Origin: an uncultured Chloroflexia bacterium
GTDB taxonomy: Bacteria > Chloroflexota > Limnocylindria > Limnocylindrales > CSP1-4
Direction: 5' to 3'
Length of the DNA: 64,000 nucleotides
NCBI GenBank assembly: GCA_963841545.1
Contig: CAWJDE010000007.1
Location: 27,764-91,763 of the forward strand
Shown piece by piece: positions 1 to 10,176 of this stretch (position 1 is the stretch's first letter; every line of letters starts with the position of its first letter). The notes below the pieces were generated by a model. The model was given only the letters and a program-made list of their open reading frames with translations. It made no database searches and was not told the DNA's origin. A program made the translations under genes and the position numbers.

Positions 1-356
1 CAGCCGGTCGCTCGCAGGTGCCGCGCGAGGGCGCGCGTGTCGACCCCGGCGATGGCCGGGATCCCGTTCGAGCGGAGCAGCGTCGCCAGCTGGCGGGCGT
101 CGTCGAGGACGGCGGCCGTGGCGTGGGCGACCACCAGGCCCCGGAGCCACGGGCGCGCGGACTGGTCGTCGGCCTCGAGCCGGCCGTAGTTGCCGATCAG
201 CGGGTAGGTCATGACCACGACCTGACCCGCATACGACGGGTCGGTCGCGATCTCCTGGTAGCCGGTCTGCGAGGTGTTGACGACGAGGTCGCCCCCGGCA
301 GCGACCGGCGCGCCGAAGGCGATCCCCTCGAACACGGTCCCGTCCTCGAGCGCCAT
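1..356 (-). CDS. carA: carbamoyl-phosphate synthase small subunit, N-terminal part only; 3' end lies beyond the window start
   Basis: The minus-strand translation from the ATG near 356 reads MALEDGTVFEGIAFGAPVAAGGDLVVNTSQTGYQEIATDPSYAGQVVVMTYPLIGNYG...GIPAIAGVDTRALARHLR, which matches the conserved CarA N-terminus. It is absent from the ORF track because no stop codon falls inside the window. Confidence 0.6.
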   Translation of the reverse strand, partial: MALEDGTVFEGIAFGAPVAAGGDLVVNTSQTGYQEIATDPSYAGQVVVMTYPLIGNYGRLEADDQSARPWLRGLVVAHATAAVLDDARQLATLLRSNGIPAIAGVDTRALARHLRATG

Positions 357-684
357 CAGCGCGGGTCCCGCATCGCCGACGCGGGGGTCGACGATCGCGT
401 CCGCGCGGGGCAGCGGCGGATGGCGGACGGTCGGTGGGGCGATCACTGAGATCCCGGCGTGCCGCGGCGGTCGACGCCGCGGGCGGGCATGCGCATCAGC
501 ATCCAGCCTCCTACCCGGCCTCTCGGGACCGGTACGCCGGTCTCACTGGACCGGCCATCAGGGTGGCCTGAGGGTAGCACGCGAGCCACGCGCCCGACGC
601 GCTGCCGGCTGCCGCGGCGCGGGCCCCGCTGGGCCCAAGGCGCCCGCGAGCGATGGCTGCCGTCGCGCGTCGCCTCGCGGCGTC

Positions 685-2094
685 TCAGGCCGGATCCGGC
701 GACGCCTCGGGCGCGGGGGACCCGGTCGTGATGGACGGCAGCTCGACCCGGAACGCCGCGCCGCCGTCGGGTCGGTTGGCGACCCCGATCCGGCCGCCGT
801 GACGGTCGACGATCCATTTCGCGATCGCCAGGCCCAGCCCCGTCCCGCCGCTCGGCGCGCCCGGAGCCCGCCAGAAGCGGTCGAACACGTGCGGCATGTC
901 CTCCTCGCGCAGCCCGGGCCCTTCGTCGGTGACCTCGACCGAAGCGAGCGGGGTGCCCGCCCCGCGAACGGTGACCGCCACGTGACCGTCGCGCGGGCTG
1001 TGCCGGACCGCGTTGTCGACCAGGATCATGACCAGCTGGCGGAGCCGGGCGCTGTCTCCCGGGACGGTCGCCGGCTCGGGGTCGACGAGCACGCGCACCC
1101 CGCGGCTCCCGGCCGTCCGGCCGACCGCCGAGGCGGCGTCGAAGGCCACCTCGCCAAGGTCCACCGGTTCCCGGTCCATCGCGACGGCCCCGGAGTCGCT
1201 GCGCGCCAGCAGCAGCAGGTCATCGACCAGGGCGGTGAGGTGGGTCACCTCGGCATCGATGTCCTCGAGGGCCTCGCTCGACTCGGCCACCGGCCGGTCC
1301 TCGTGCCGGGCGATCAGCTCGAGCGACGAGCGGATGACCGTCAGCGGCGTGCGCAGCTCATGGCTCGCGTCGGCCGCGAACTCCCGCTGTCGCCGGAGCG
1401 CGGTTCGCTGCGCCTCGAGCGACTCGCGGATCGGGACCAGGGCGCGCCGCGCGTAGACGGTCCCGAAGCCCACCGCGACGAGCACCACCAGCACGCCGCC
1501 CACCAGCAGGACCGCAAGCACGGCGTTGAGGGTCGCCACCTCGGTCGAGCGGTCCTGGAGCGCCTGCAGGAAGTACGTGTTGCCGTCCTGGGCCAGCACC
1601 ATGCGCGTCATCACCCGCACGGGCAGGTCCGAGGGCGGCGACGCCGCGAGCTGGAGGGAGCCGGTCCGGACGTCGGTGCCGTCGGCCGCGTTCTGCGCCG
1701 CGGCCAGGCTCGCCTCCGCCGGCAGCCCGACGGGGATCGCGACCGGGCGCTCGGACTGGACCGGCTGCCCGGTCGCATCGAACAGGTAGAGGAGCGTGTT
1801 CCCGCTCCCCAGCACGTAGCCGAGGTCGGGCCGGCGAAACGGCGTGCCCGTGCCCTGGAGCAGGCGGACGGCTGGATCGATCCGGTCCTGGAGCTGCGCC
1901 GCCGACGCCGCGGCGAGCGTGTTGGCGACCGCCGCGTACAGGGCCGCGCCCAGCACCAGCAGCACGACCAGGGTGGACAGCCCGCTCCAGAGCACCAGGC
2001 GCCACCGGACGCGACGGATCAGTCGTGCCTGGTCGGCCAGGGCGGTCTGCTCGACGCCGTCCTCGCCCGTCTGCGGCTGCGCGCCGTCAGCCAT
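685..2094 (-). CDS. sensor histidine kinase (HisKA + HATPase_c)
   Basis: Two N-terminal TM helices, an H-box ASHELRTPLT and N/G-box motifs (DNAVRHSP, GTGLGLAIAK). It sits immediately downstream of the response regulator. Confidence 0.85.
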   Translation of the reverse strand: MADGAQPQTGEDGVEQTALADQARLIRRVRWRLVLWSGLSTLVVLLVLGAALYAAVANTLAAASAAQLQDRIDPAVRLLQGTGTPFRRPDLGYVLGSGNTLLYLFDATGQPVQSERPVAIPVGLPAEASLAAAQNAADGTDVRTGSLQLAASPPSDLPVRVMTRMVLAQDGNTYFLQALQDRSTEVATLNAVLAVLLVGGVLVVLVAVGFGTVYARRALVPIRESLEAQRTALRRQREFAADASHELRTPLTVIRSSLELIARHEDRPVAESSEALEDIDAEVTHLTALVDDLLLLARSDSGAVAMDREPVDLGEVAFDAASAVGRTAGSRGVRVLVDPEPATVPGDSARLRQLVMILVDNAVRHSPRDGHVAVTVRGAGTPLASVEVTDEGPGLREEDMPHVFDRFWRAPGAPSGGTGLGLAIAKWIVDRHGGRIGVANRPDGGAAFRVELPSITTGSPAPEASPDPA

Positions 2095-2144
2095 CAGCCT
2101 GCTCCCCGGCGCCGCCGGCCGGCCCGGCCGATCACCGCCACGGA

Positions 2145-2822
2145 TCAGCCACCGCCCATGCGATAGCCGACGCCCCGGACCGTCTCGATCTGAGCACCGG
2201 CATCGCCGAGCTTGGTCCGCAGGTAGTGGACGTAGGCGTCGACCGCATTGGGGGTGACCGCCACGCTGAACGGCCAGGCGTGGTCGAGCAGCTGGTCGCG
2301 GGTCAGCGTCTGGCCGGGGTGCCGCATGAGCGCCTCGAGGAGCGAGAACTCGCGCGGGCTGAGGTCGACGTTGGCGCCGTCGACGGTCACCCGCCGGGCC
2401 GCCTCGTCGAACGTGATCGCGCCGATCTCGAGGCGCGGCTCCGCGCGGCGAGGCCCGGGCTCGGCGCGGCGGGCCAGGGCTCGCAGCCGGGCCGCGACCT
2501 CCTGGTAGGCGAACGGCTTGACCACGTAGTCGTCGGCGCCGGCGTCGAGGCCGGTGACCCGGTCGGTGACCGTGTCCCGCGCGGTGAGCATCAGGATGCT
2601 GACGTCCACCCGGTCGCGCCGCAGACGCCGGGCGACGTCGAGCCCGGAGATGTCCGGCAGGCCGATGTCGAGGATCACGGCGTCGAGCCCATCGATCGCG
2701 CTCGCAAGCTCGATGCCGGTGCGTCCGTCGGGAGCCCGCTCGACGACATGGCGGTCCTCCTCGAGCAGGCGCGTCAGGGCTCGGGCGAGACGCTCGTCGT
2801 CCTCGACCAGGAGCAGGTGCAT
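2145..2822 (-). CDS. OmpR/PhoB-family two-component response regulator
   Basis: A receiver domain (LLVEDDERL...DAVILDIGLPDISG) followed by a winged-helix output domain (LSPREFSLLEALM...VRGVGYRM). Confidence 0.9.
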   Translation of the reverse strand: MHLLLVEDDERLARALTRLLEEDRHVVERAPDGRTGIELASAIDGLDAVILDIGLPDISGLDVARRLRRDRVDVSILMLTARDTVTDRVTGLDAGADDYVVKPFAYQEVAARLRALARRAEPGPRRAEPRLEIGAITFDEAARRVTVDGANVDLSPREFSLLEALMRHPGQTLTRDQLLDHAWPFSVAVTPNAVDAYVHYLRTKLGDAGAQIETVRGVGYRMGGG

Positions 2823-2842
2823 GGGTGGTCAGGCGACCTCGC

Positions 2843-3709
2843 TCACGGCACCACGGTCACGTCGCTCGCCGTTCCGAGGCTGGTGTTCCCGTTGCCATTG
2901 CCATTGCCATTTCCGTTGCCGTTGCCATTGCCATTGCCGTTGCCATTGGCCCGGAACCCGTTGCCGCTGAGCCGCAGGATGACGGTCTTGCCCGACGCGA
3001 CGTCGGCGGCCGACGCTTCGGCCTGCTGATGGTACGTGGTGCTCGAGTCCAGCCCGATCGTCACGGTGGCCCCGCTCGTGGTCGTGATGGTGACCGAGTC
3101 GGCCGTCGCCGACTGGACCGTGCCCTCGATCGTGAGGCCGCCGGCGAGGCCGCCACCGAAGGCGCCGCCGCCGCGGAAGCCACCGTTCGGGAACTCGCCG
3201 TTGCCGCCACCGTTGAGGTTGAAGCTGGCGCCCGGCCCGCCCTGCCCGTTGCCGAACCGGCCGGTGGCCGTGGCGGCCGCCGGTGCCGAGGCGCGGCCGA
3301 CCGCGAACGAGATGCCCGCCGCGGCGATGAGGATCGCGACGCCGAGGGCCACGTTGAGCAGCCGGGACGACCCGGACGAGGCACGCACGGCCACGGGACC
3401 GACCAGCGAGGGGCCGGGCTCGGGCGCAACCGGCTGGAACGCACCGGGCTCGGGGCCCGGATGGTAGACGGGTGCCGGCTGCGAGGGGGCGATTGGCTGC
3501 GAGGGGGCGATTGGCTGGTAGGTCGCGCCGGGCTGGAACCCGGGCGCAGCCTGGGGCGGGCCAGGCTGGTAGGTCGAGCCCGGTGCGGGCCGGTAGGTGG
3601 GACCCGGCTGCACCGGCGGGACTGCCGCCGGCGGCGTGGGCACCGGCTGCGTGGCGTCGCCGGCACCGCCGGGATCGTTGCTCGGAGGATTGGTCGGGGG
3701 TGTCGTCAT
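2843..3709 (-). CDS. hypothetical Pro-rich membrane/secreted protein with a C-terminal (Gly-Asn)10 tail
   Basis: A GGAGCAGGAG RBS precedes the ATG for MTTPPTNPPS. The protein has a Pro-rich N-terminus, one TM helix (LLNVALGVAILIAAAGISFAV), a Thr/Ser-rich beta-like domain, then GNGNGNGNGNGNGNGNGNGN. It lies between the RR and the ABC permease. Confidence 0.5.
   Translation of the reverse strand: MTTPPTNPPSNDPGGAGDATQPVPTPPAAVPPVQPGPTYRPAPGSTYQPGPPQAAPGFQPGATYQPIAPSQPIAPSQPAPVYHPGPEPGAFQPVAPEPGPSLVGPVAVRASSGSSRLLNVALGVAILIAAAGISFAVGRASAPAAATATGRFGNGQGGPGASFNLNGGGNGEFPNGGFRGGGAFGGGLAGGLTIEGTVQSATADSVTITTTSGATVTIGLDSSTTYHQQAEASAADVASGKTVILRLSGNGFRANGNGNGNGNGNGNGNGNGNGNTSLGTASDVTVVP
2878..2945. 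repeat. hexanucleotide (ccattg/ccgttg)n microsatellite encoding the (GN)10 tail
   Basis: About 10 contiguous 6-nt units inside the 2843..3709 CDS. Confidence 0.7.
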
Positions 3710-3806
3710 GGGTGGCTCCTGCTCCTGGCGCTTCGAGGCGGGATCGAGGGTTGGCTGATGGTCCTGGACGCCGGACGCCCTGGCGGCGCCGGGCGGATGA
3801 GCCGGG

Positions 3807-5015
3807 TCATTCGTAGCGGAGCGAGGCGATCGGATCAAGCCGGGCGGCCTGGCGGGCCGGCCAGACGCCGAACACGACGCCGACCAGCAGGCTGAACCCG
3901 ACGGCGACCAGCACGGTCAGCGGGCTGAACACGAACCCCCAGCCGGCGATGGCACCGATCGCCGCCGACGCCGCCACGCCGAGCACGATCCCGATCAGGC
4001 CCCCCAGCAGCGACAGCACGAGGGCCTCGACCAGGAACTGGAACAGGATGTCGCCATTGCGCGCGCCGACCGCCTTGCGGATGCCGATCTCACGGGTGCG
4101 CTCACGGACCGAGACCAGCATGATGTTCATGATCCCGATGCCGCCCACCACGAGCGAGATCGAGGCGATCCCCGCCAGCAGCAGGGTGAGGAACCCGGTC
4201 ACCGACGAGAACGTGTCGAGCAGCTGGGCCTGGCTCTGGATCGAGAAGTCGTCATTGGTGCCGTCGGTGCCGTGCCGCTGCTCGAGCGTGAACGTCATGA
4301 GCGCCTGGGTGGCATCGATCGCGTCGGCGCTCGCGACGCTGACGCCGATCGAGCGAACCGATTGGCCGCTCACGAAGTAGCGCTGCGCGGTCGAGATGGG
4401 GATCAGGATCTGGTCGTCCTGGCTGACCGGTCCCGACGAGCCCTTCGGCTGCAGGATCCCGACGACCCGGAACGGCAGCCCGCCGATCTGGATGTCGCTG
4501 CCGATCGACGACTGGTCGAGGCCCAGGTCGTCGGCCGTGGTGGCGCCCAGCACCGCGACCCGCAGGTGCTGGTCGACCGCAGCCTGGTTGAGGAACGAGC
4601 CGACCCACATCGTGTAGCTGCGAACCGCGGGGAACGCCGGCGTCGTGCCGACGATCGACGTCGTCGTGTTCTGGAGCCCGGCGATCACCGCTCGCTGCGT
4701 GTCCACCTCCGGCTCGACCGCTGCCACGCCGGTGAGCGTCGCAAGCGCCGTCGCGTCGTCGAGCGTCAGCGTGGTCGCGGAGCCGGCGGCGCCGCGCGTG
4801 AAGCCGTTGCGGGTGGCTCCGGGGGTGACCGTGAGGAGGTTGGTCCCGAGACCCTGGATGCGATCGGTGATGCCGCTGGTGGCGCCCTGCGCGACGGCGA
4901 CCAGGGCGACGATCGACCCCACCCCGATGATCACGCCGAGCATCGTGAGCACGGCGCGCAGCCGGCTCGTCCCGAGGCGCGAGATCGCCAGCCGCATGAG
5001 CTCGAGGGGGCTCAC
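3807..5015 (-). CDS. ABC transporter permease, FtsX/MacB-like
   Basis: An N-terminal TM helix, a large periplasmic domain and a C-terminal FtsX 4-TM bundle. It overlaps the ATPase gene by 4 nt. Confidence 0.85.
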   Translation of the reverse strand: MSPLELMRLAISRLGTSRLRAVLTMLGVIIGVGSIVALVAVAQGATSGITDRIQGLGTNLLTVTPGATRNGFTRGAAGSATTLTLDDATALATLTGVAAVEPEVDTQRAVIAGLQNTTTSIVGTTPAFPAVRSYTMWVGSFLNQAAVDQHLRVAVLGATTADDLGLDQSSIGSDIQIGGLPFRVVGILQPKGSSGPVSQDDQILIPISTAQRYFVSGQSVRSIGVSVASADAIDATQALMTFTLEQRHGTDGTNDDFSIQSQAQLLDTFSSVTGFLTLLLAGIASISLVVGGIGIMNIMLVSVRERTREIGIRKAVGARNGDILFQFLVEALVLSLLGGLIGIVLGVAASAAIGAIAGWGFVFSPLTVLVAVGFSLLVGVVFGVWPARQAARLDPIASLRYE

Positions 5016-5728
5016 TGGACGAGCAGCCCGTCGAGCACGTGAACCTGCCGTCGCGCATGCTCGGCCACGTCAGCGTCATGGGTGATGAGCACGACGGTCG
5101 TGCCGACGGCGTTGAGCTCGTGGAGCAGCTCGATGACCTCGGCGCCGGCGCGGCTGTCGAGGTTGCCGGTCGGCTCGTCCGCGAGGATCAGGGCCGGCTC
5201 TCCGACCAGCGCCCGAGCGATGGCGACCCGCTGCTGCTGCCCGCCGGAGAGCTCCGACGGCTCGTGGGTGGCCCGGTCCGCCAGCCCGAGCCGCTCCAGC
5301 ACTGCCATGGCCCGCTCGAGCCGCTCCTTGCGGCCCACGCCCTGGTAGAGCAGCGGGGTCGCCACGTTCTCGAGCGCGGACGTCCGGGGCAGCAGGTTGA
5401 ACGACTGGAACACGAACCCGATGGCCCGGCCGCGCACCCGCGCGAGATCGTCGTCGGTGAGCGCCTCGATCGGCGTTCCGCCCAGGTGGTAGGCGCCGCC
5501 GGTCGGCCGGTCGAGACAGCCGATGATGTTCATCAGCGTGGACTTGCCGCTTCCCGACGGCCCCACGATCGCGAGGAAGTCGCCCGGCCAGACGTCGAGG
5601 TCGACGCCGCGGAGCGCCGCGACCTCGAGCCGGCCGCTGCGGTAGATCCGGGTCACGCCGCGCAGGCTGATGACCGGGGTCGCGGCGGTGCCCCACGCCT
5701 GGAAGGCGCTCTCCACCTCGGCGCTCAT
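5012..5728 (-). CDS. ABC transporter ATP-binding protein (MacB-type ATPase)
   Basis: Walker [10 protein letters not shown], signature [15 protein letters not shown], Walker [12 protein letters not shown]. Confidence 0.9.
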   Translation of the reverse strand: MSAEVESAFQAWGTAATPVISLRGVTRIYRSGRLEVAALRGVDLDVWPGDFLAIVGPSGSGKSTLMNIIGCLDRPTGGAYHLGGTPIEALTDDDLARVRGRAIGFVFQSFNLLPRTSALENVATPLLYQGVGRKERLERAMAVLERLGLADRATHEPSELSGGQQQRVAIARALVGEPALILADEPTGNLDSRAGAEVIELLHELNAVGTTVVLITHDADVAEHARRQVHVLDGLLVQ

Positions 5729-7227
5729 GGCTGGACCGCCCGGAAGTTGCCGCCGCCGAAGCCGCCCCCACCGAAGCCACCCCCACCGAGGCCGCCCGTC
5801 GTGGTGGTCGAGCCCTGGCGCGTCGACGAGGTGCCCACCACGACGTCCGTCCCCTGCGAGATGCCGCCCTGGATCTCGGCCAGGGACGAGGTCACCAGCC
5901 CGACCTGCACGGCCACCAGCTGGGGGTTGCCAGAGCCGTCGAGGACGCGGACGCTGTAGTTGCCGGCGCTGCCGACGAGCGCGATCGAGGGCACGGCGAC
6001 GACGTCGCTCGCCGACGCGGTCGTGACGCTCACCTGGGCGCTCATCCCCGAGGCCGTCCCCGCGGGCGGCGTGGGCAGCGACACCACGATCGGATAGCTC
6101 ACCACGCCGCCACCGGTGCCGGCGCTCCCGATCGGGCTGATCTCCGTGACCTTGCCGGTGGCCGTCTGCGCGGTGGCCGTGATCGTGACGTCGGCATCCT
6201 GGCCGATCCGGAGCGACGGCAGGTCCGACTCGGCAATGCTGGCCGACACCTCGAACGCATCCGACTGCACCACGATCGCGGCCCCCGAGGGGGCGTCGAC
6301 GCCCTTGCTGATGTTGACCGAGACGACGACCCCATCGACCGGGCTCGCCAGCGACGCCGCATCGACCGTCGCCTGCGCCGTCACCACGGCCTGCTCCGCG
6401 GTCGCCACCGCGGCCTCGTCGGACGCGATCTGCGCGTCGGTGGCGCCCTGGATCTTGCTCTTGTAGGCCAGCTGGGCCGACTTCACCTGGTTCTGCGCGG
6501 ACTTGACCTGGTTGGCTGCCTGCGTGTTGGACTGGGCGATCTGGAGCCGCAGCGACGCCAGCGAGTTCTCGGCCTGCTGGATCGCGGCCTTGTCCTGGCT
6601 GATCTGGGTCGACGAGACCGGCGGGCTGGCGGCCCTGTCGGCGGACAGCTGGCGCTTGGCGGCGCTGACCGCGGCCTTCTGCTGCGACAGCTTGAGATTG
6701 TTCTGCCTGGTCGTCTGGGTCCGCGAGGTCCTGGCCTGGCTCAGCGACTGCTGCGCCTGGGTCACCGACAGCTTCGCCGCCGCCTTGTCCGTCGCGCTCA
6801 GCCCGCCCTTGTCGGTCGACAGCCTGGCCTTGGCGGAGTCGAGGTTCGCCTGGGCCACGGTGAGCGCGAGCTGGGCGTTGGAATCATCGGCGGTCGCCAG
6901 CACGTTGCCCGACGCGACGGCCTGCCCCGGGGTCACCGCCACCTCGGTCACGCGCCACGAGACGGTGCTGTTGCCGTTGCCCGAGCTGGCGCTCGACGAG
7001 CTCGAGGTCGCCAGCACCGGCTGCGAGCCGAAGGCGAGGTCGTAGGTGGCCACGGGACCGACCGTCCCCGTGGCGACGATCTGCTGGACGACGTTCGTGC
7101 GCGTCGCCGCGGCGGTCTGGTAACGCGTCGACGAGCTGGCCGAGCCACCGGGTGGGAACAGGGTGACGACGATCGCAGCGATGCCCACGATCACGAGCAG
7201 GAGCGTGCCAACCAGGCGGAGGCGCAT
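5725..7227 (-). CDS. HlyD/MacA-family periplasmic adaptor subunit
   Basis: I chose the MRLRLVGTLLLVIVG start, which gives a signal-anchor. The protein has a long Ala/Gln-rich coiled-coil, beta-barrel/lipoyl-like regions and a Gly-rich C-terminus. It overlaps the ATPase gene by 4 nt. Confidence 0.8.
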   Translation of the reverse strand: MRLRLVGTLLLVIVGIAAIVVTLFPPGGSASSSTRYQTAAATRTNVVQQIVATGTVGPVATYDLAFGSQPVLATSSSSSASSGNGNSTVSWRVTEVAVTPGQAVASGNVLATADDSNAQLALTVAQANLDSAKARLSTDKGGLSATDKAAAKLSVTQAQQSLSQARTSRTQTTRQNNLKLSQQKAAVSAAKRQLSADRAASPPVSSTQISQDKAAIQQAENSLASLRLQIAQSNTQAANQVKSAQNQVKSAQLAYKSKIQGATDAQIASDEAAVATAEQAVVTAQATVDAASLASPVDGVVVSVNISKGVDAPSGAAIVVQSDAFEVSASIAESDLPSLRIGQDADVTITATAQTATGKVTEISPIGSAGTGGGVVSYPIVVSLPTPPAGTASGMSAQVSVTTASASDVVAVPSIALVGSAGNYSVRVLDGSGNPQLVAVQVGLVTSSLAEIQGGISQGTDVVVGTSSTRQGSTTTTGGLGGGGFGGGGFGGGNFRAVQP

Positions 7228-7375
7228 GCAATTCCTTTCCGGTGGAAGCGCGGGGGTGCCGACTTGGGCACCAGGCAGGATCAACGATCCAGATGAAAGG
7301 TCCATGAGAGCGCGGGAACGGCACCGCGCGCATCGTGGGCGCGGTGCCGTCGTGGCTGCCGGGCGGCTTCGGCGG

Positions 7376-8563
7376 TCAGGTGCCCTGCCCGCCGGTCGCG
7401 CGGCTGATGAGCGAGGCGGCATCATTGATCGGGATCGCGAACCCGAGTCCCTGGGCGCTGCTCGCGACGGCCGTGTTGAGCCCGATCACCGCCCCCGAGG
7501 CATCGAGCAGCGGACCGCCGCTGTTGCCCGGGTTGATCGCCGCATCGGTCTGCATCAGGCCGGTCAGGTCGGTGGGCCGCCCGGTGGTCTCGTCGCGCAC
7601 GGTGATGTCGCGCCCGAGCCCGGACAGGATTCCCTTGGTGACCGTCTCGGTGTACGTCCCGAGCGGGCTGCCGATCGCGAGCACGGTCTGGCCGACCTGC
7701 GCCTGGTCGGAGTTGCCGATCCGGGCCGCGCTCAGCCCCGTCGCGTCGATCTTGATCAGGGCAAGGTCATTGGTGGTCGACTGCTCGATGATCCTGGCGG
7801 GGTACGTGTGGCCGTCGTACAGCTCCACGCTCAGCGTCTGGCTGCCCTCGACGACGTGGCGGTTGGTGAGGATGTAGCCGTCGCTCGAGACGATGATCCC
7901 GGAGCCCACGCCGGAGGTCGGCACTCCGAACGGCGAGAACCGGCTGGTGGCGATGCCGTCCGCGGTGATCGTCACCACCGACTGGCGGGCCGTCGCGACG
8001 ATCGACGTCAGGTCCGCCGTCTCGACGGTCGTCGTGGATCCGGTGCTCGTCGAGGTCGCCGACGCGGCGGGTGTGCGGGTGATGATCGTCGTCGTCGGCA
8101 CGACCTCCTGGACGATCGCAGCGGTCCCGGCCGAGGCAAGCACCGCGCTCAGCACCGAGGCGACCACGACCGGCCCGAGGCCGCGGCCGCGCGCGGGACG
8201 CGAGCTCGAGGGCGGCGAACCCGTCGGCGGCGAGCCGGCCGAGCCGGTGCCCGGCGGAGGCAGCGAGACGGTCGGGTCCGAGGCGACCGAGCCGGGACCC
8301 GACGGAGGCGGCGGCGACCATGCCGCCGCCGGACCCACCGGTGCGAAGGTCGTGCCCGGCGGGATCGTCCCACCCGGCACCGGCCAGGTGGGTGCCGCCG
8401 GGGGCTCGATCGCGGTGCCGGTATCGGTCAGCGGGTTCGGGTCGGATTGGGACGTGCCGCCGGCCCAGGGCTCGATGGGTTCGGGCTCGGGCGGGGCCGG
8501 GTAGAACGGCGAGGTCATCGGCTGGGGCTCCGTGGAGGACGAGGATCGATTGCGCCCAGTCAA
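7376..8563 (-). CDS. membrane-anchored trypsin-like serine protease (S1C/HtrA family, no PDZ domain)
   Basis: A Pro-rich N-terminus and a TM helix, a catalytic His in LTNRHVV, NDLALIKID and GNSGGPL. The ORF ends directly after the protease domain. Confidence 0.8.
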   Translation of the reverse strand: MTGRNRSSSSTEPQPMTSPFYPAPPEPEPIEPWAGGTSQSDPNPLTDTGTAIEPPAAPTWPVPGGTIPPGTTFAPVGPAAAWSPPPPSGPGSVASDPTVSLPPPGTGSAGSPPTGSPPSSSRPARGRGLGPVVVASVLSAVLASAGTAAIVQEVVPTTTIITRTPAASATSTSTGSTTTVETADLTSIVATARQSVVTITADGIATSRFSPFGVPTSGVGSGIIVSSDGYILTNRHVVEGSQTLSVELYDGHTYPARIIEQSTTNDLALIKIDATGLSAARIGNSDQAQVGQTVLAIGSPLGTYTETVTKGILSGLGRDITVRDETTGRPTDLTGLMQTDAAINPGNSGGPLLDASGAVIGLNTAVASSAQGLGFAIPINDAASLISRATGGQGT

Positions 8564-8596
8564 CCGCCGACGCCTGAGAGGGGCGTGAGAGGAGCA

Positions 8597-9420
8597 TCAG
8601 CCCGGCGTGCCGCCAGGGTCGACGGGCGGCGCCGGTTCGGCGGGAACGAGGAGCCGGTCGAGCATCGCCGTCCACACCAGCCGGTCCTCGTTCGTGATCC
8701 CCAGTGCGCCGTACCCGCGCTGGCGGCCCACCCAGGCGATCCCCGGCTCCCCCATCGCGAACCCCGCCGTCGCGAACGCGTCCGCCATCGTCAGCGTCGG
8801 CCCCACGACGGTCAGGCTTCGCAGGCCCGAGGCGGGATGGCCGGTGCGCGGATTGCGGATATGCTCGCCGCGCTCGTAGGTGGCAGAGGTGGCGACCGCG
8901 AGCCCCGACACCTCGAGCACGGCGGCCAGCGCGTTCGCGCGGCCGGGATGCCGGATCCCGATCCGCCAGCGCCGGCCCGGCTCGGGCTCGCCCACGGCGA
9001 CGAGGTCACCGCCGGCACCGATCTGGACGTTGCGGGCGCCGGCCAGCCGGAGCGATGCCAGCGCCTCGTCGATCGACCATCCCTTGACCACGCCGCTCGG
9101 ATCGAACCGCCCATCGGCCCGATGAGCGCCGGCATCGAAGAAGCCGTCCGTCCGCGCTCGCAGCGACGCCGCCAGCGACACGATGGCGCGCACGTCGCCG
9201 CTCGCATCCTCCGGCCGCAGCAAGCCGTCCGCCACGCGGCTCATCTCGCTCTCGGGCCGGTACAGGCTGAACCGGCGGTCGACATCGTGGAACCAGGCGA
9301 TCGCGGCCTCGAGCGCCGCCGGCGGGACCAACGGCGAGCGTACGTCGATCGACACCACGGTCCCCATCACCGGCTCCGCCCGGACCTGCCGGGCGGAGCC
9401 GGTGCGAGGCGCCGACATGC
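8597..9420 (-). CDS. ApbE-family FAD:protein FMN transferase
   Basis: The ATG lies inside the 846-aa track ORF, and the translation (MSAPRTGSARQVRAEPVMGTVVSIDV...DAFATAGFAMG) looks ApbE-like. Its ATG overlaps the stop of the upstream FMN-binding gene (ATGnnnTGA arrangement). Confidence 0.75.
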
Positions 9421-9422
9421 CC

Positions 9423-9983
9423 TCAGCTGCCGGCGCTGTCGAGGGCCGCCTGCAGCGATCGGGCGTAGCCGAGGCTGGTGTAGGTGGCCCCGGACACCCC
9501 GTCGATGTTCGCGCTCTGGACCTGGAGCGCCTGCCCGCGCAGGAGCGGCTCGACGAACCTGGAGATCTGGCCCGACCGGCCGCCGCTGGGCAGCTCGAGC
9601 GCGGCGATGTCGACGAGCTTGCTGCCGTCGAGCGTGACCTCGACCTGGACGGGCCCCCACCGCGTGTCGACCACCGGACCGTCGACGGTGTGCTGGCCCG
9701 TGGCACCATTCGAGCCGCCGCCGGCAGGGGTCGCCGCTGGGACGCCCGGCCCGCCGTTCGAGCCGCCGGTGCCGCCGTTCTGCGACGTCCCGCCGTTCGA
9801 CGTCCCGCCGTTGGAGGCTCCGCCGTTCGACGCCCCGCCGTTCGGGATTCCGCCCGCGCCGCCGGCGCTGACCGGGTTCGAGCCGCGGCCCACCGTGACC
9901 GTATCGGTGGGGACCTGGAAGTTGAGCAGGAGCGCCAGCCCGAGGGCGGTGAGCCCGAGGGCGAAGGCGCCGCGCTTGGGCAT
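9423..9983 (-). CDS. FMN-binding domain protein, secreted or membrane-anchored
   Basis: The start MPKRGAFALGLTALGLALL gives a signal/TM segment. A Gly/Asn/Ser-rich linker follows, then an FMN_bind-like C-terminus (GATYTSLGYARSLQAALD; the Thr/Ser is the expected flavinylation site). Confidence 0.7.
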   Translation of the reverse strand: MPKRGAFALGLTALGLALLLNFQVPTDTVTVGRGSNPVSAGGAGGIPNGGASNGGASNGGTSNGGTSQNGGTGGSNGGPGVPAATPAGGGSNGATGQHTVDGPVVDTRWGPVQVEVTLDGSKLVDIAALELPSGGRSGQISRFVEPLLRGQALQVQSANIDGVSGATYTSLGYARSLQAALDSAGS

Positions 9984-10176
9984 CCGGACGCTCTCCTGGT
10001 TTCGTCGATGGCTGCGCGTCGGGCACGGGAAGGCCCGCCGTGACGCCAGCATCGCCGCCGGCCCTGAGAGGCGAATGAGATTCGGGCGGGGGCGGGATGC
10101 CGACGCAGTGCCGGCCTCGGAAGTGCGCCGCCGCGGCGCTCCTTCCTGCCCCAGCATGGTTCAGCGGTCGAAGGCC

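Noticed and set aside
274-2166. 630-aa plus-strand ORF, and ORF 18..449
   Set aside because: Both are antisense to the histidine-kinase and carA genes. The translations are Arg/Pro/Gly-rich, low-complexity and without motifs, which is the typical high-GC antisense open-frame artefact.
7163-9637. 824-aa plus-strand ORF
   Set aside because: It is antisense to the HtrA-like protease and ApbE genes, whose translations carry clear catalytic motifs. Its product is a nonsense Arg/Gly/Pro-rich sequence.
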